A stretch of DNA of 63,118 nucleotides, counting the filler, from Octopus bimaculoides (Eukaryota): the NCBI RefSeq assembly GCF_001194135.2. It is 6 parts of 6 records of this genome, joined end to end, with 100 filler letters (N's around TTAATTAATTAA, not from the genome) between each part and the next. Parts side by side here need not be neighbours in the genome. Positions count along the whole stretch, not along the records: positions 57,704 to 63,118 come from NC_068991.1; 5 more parts are not named here. The stretch is one strand, 5' to 3'. The notes beneath the pieces are model-generated. The model was not told the origin of the DNA. It searched no databases and saw only the letters and a list, made by a program, of their open reading frames with translations. Both the position numbers and the translations under genes were made by a program. The stretch's first letter is position 1, and every line of letters starts with the position of its first letter. Shown in pieces: positions 63,036-63,118 of the stretch.

Positions 63036-63118
63036 ATGAGGGCCTTACAATTGCCCATGGTTGCATGTGTTGTTCACACATATGATGCGGAATGTGAACG
63101 TAAATAAATAAATTTAAA

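Overview
AT-rich, gap-ridden eukaryotic (metazoan) scaffold. The tRNA-derived SINE families, extreme microsatellite load and TTAGGG-type repeats suggest a cephalopod, probably Octopus; this is an inference from pattern recognition, not a database search. One host protein-coding gene is supportable: a spliced minus-strand gene (about 21.3 kb to 16.1 kb) for a probable secreted protein of at least ~500 aa. Its parts are a signal-peptide-like exon with a TATA/Inr promoter, a canonical VWA domain with intact MIDAS motif, a Thr-rich mucin-like linker and a degenerate MIDAS-less VWA domain. Splice phases imply one more small exon, probably in an N gap. The rest is transposon debris and simple repeats. 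This includes at least seven Penelope-like element (PLE) remnants (RT and GIY-YIG pieces, several with minimal hammerhead-ribozyme motifs), two Tc1/mariner fragments, an R4/Dong-type RLE LINE (two pieces), a CR1-like LINE tail and a non-autonomous Helitron with an adjacent empty site. It also includes several fold-back/MITE palindromes (one enclosing head-to-head telomere-like arrays) and more than 25 SINE copies, several as inverted pairs. Most ORFs in the supplied track are microsatellite or N-gap artefacts. No CRISPR array, rRNA or genuine tRNA gene was seen. SINE family labels A-D are my own working names, and repeat boundaries are approximate unless stated.
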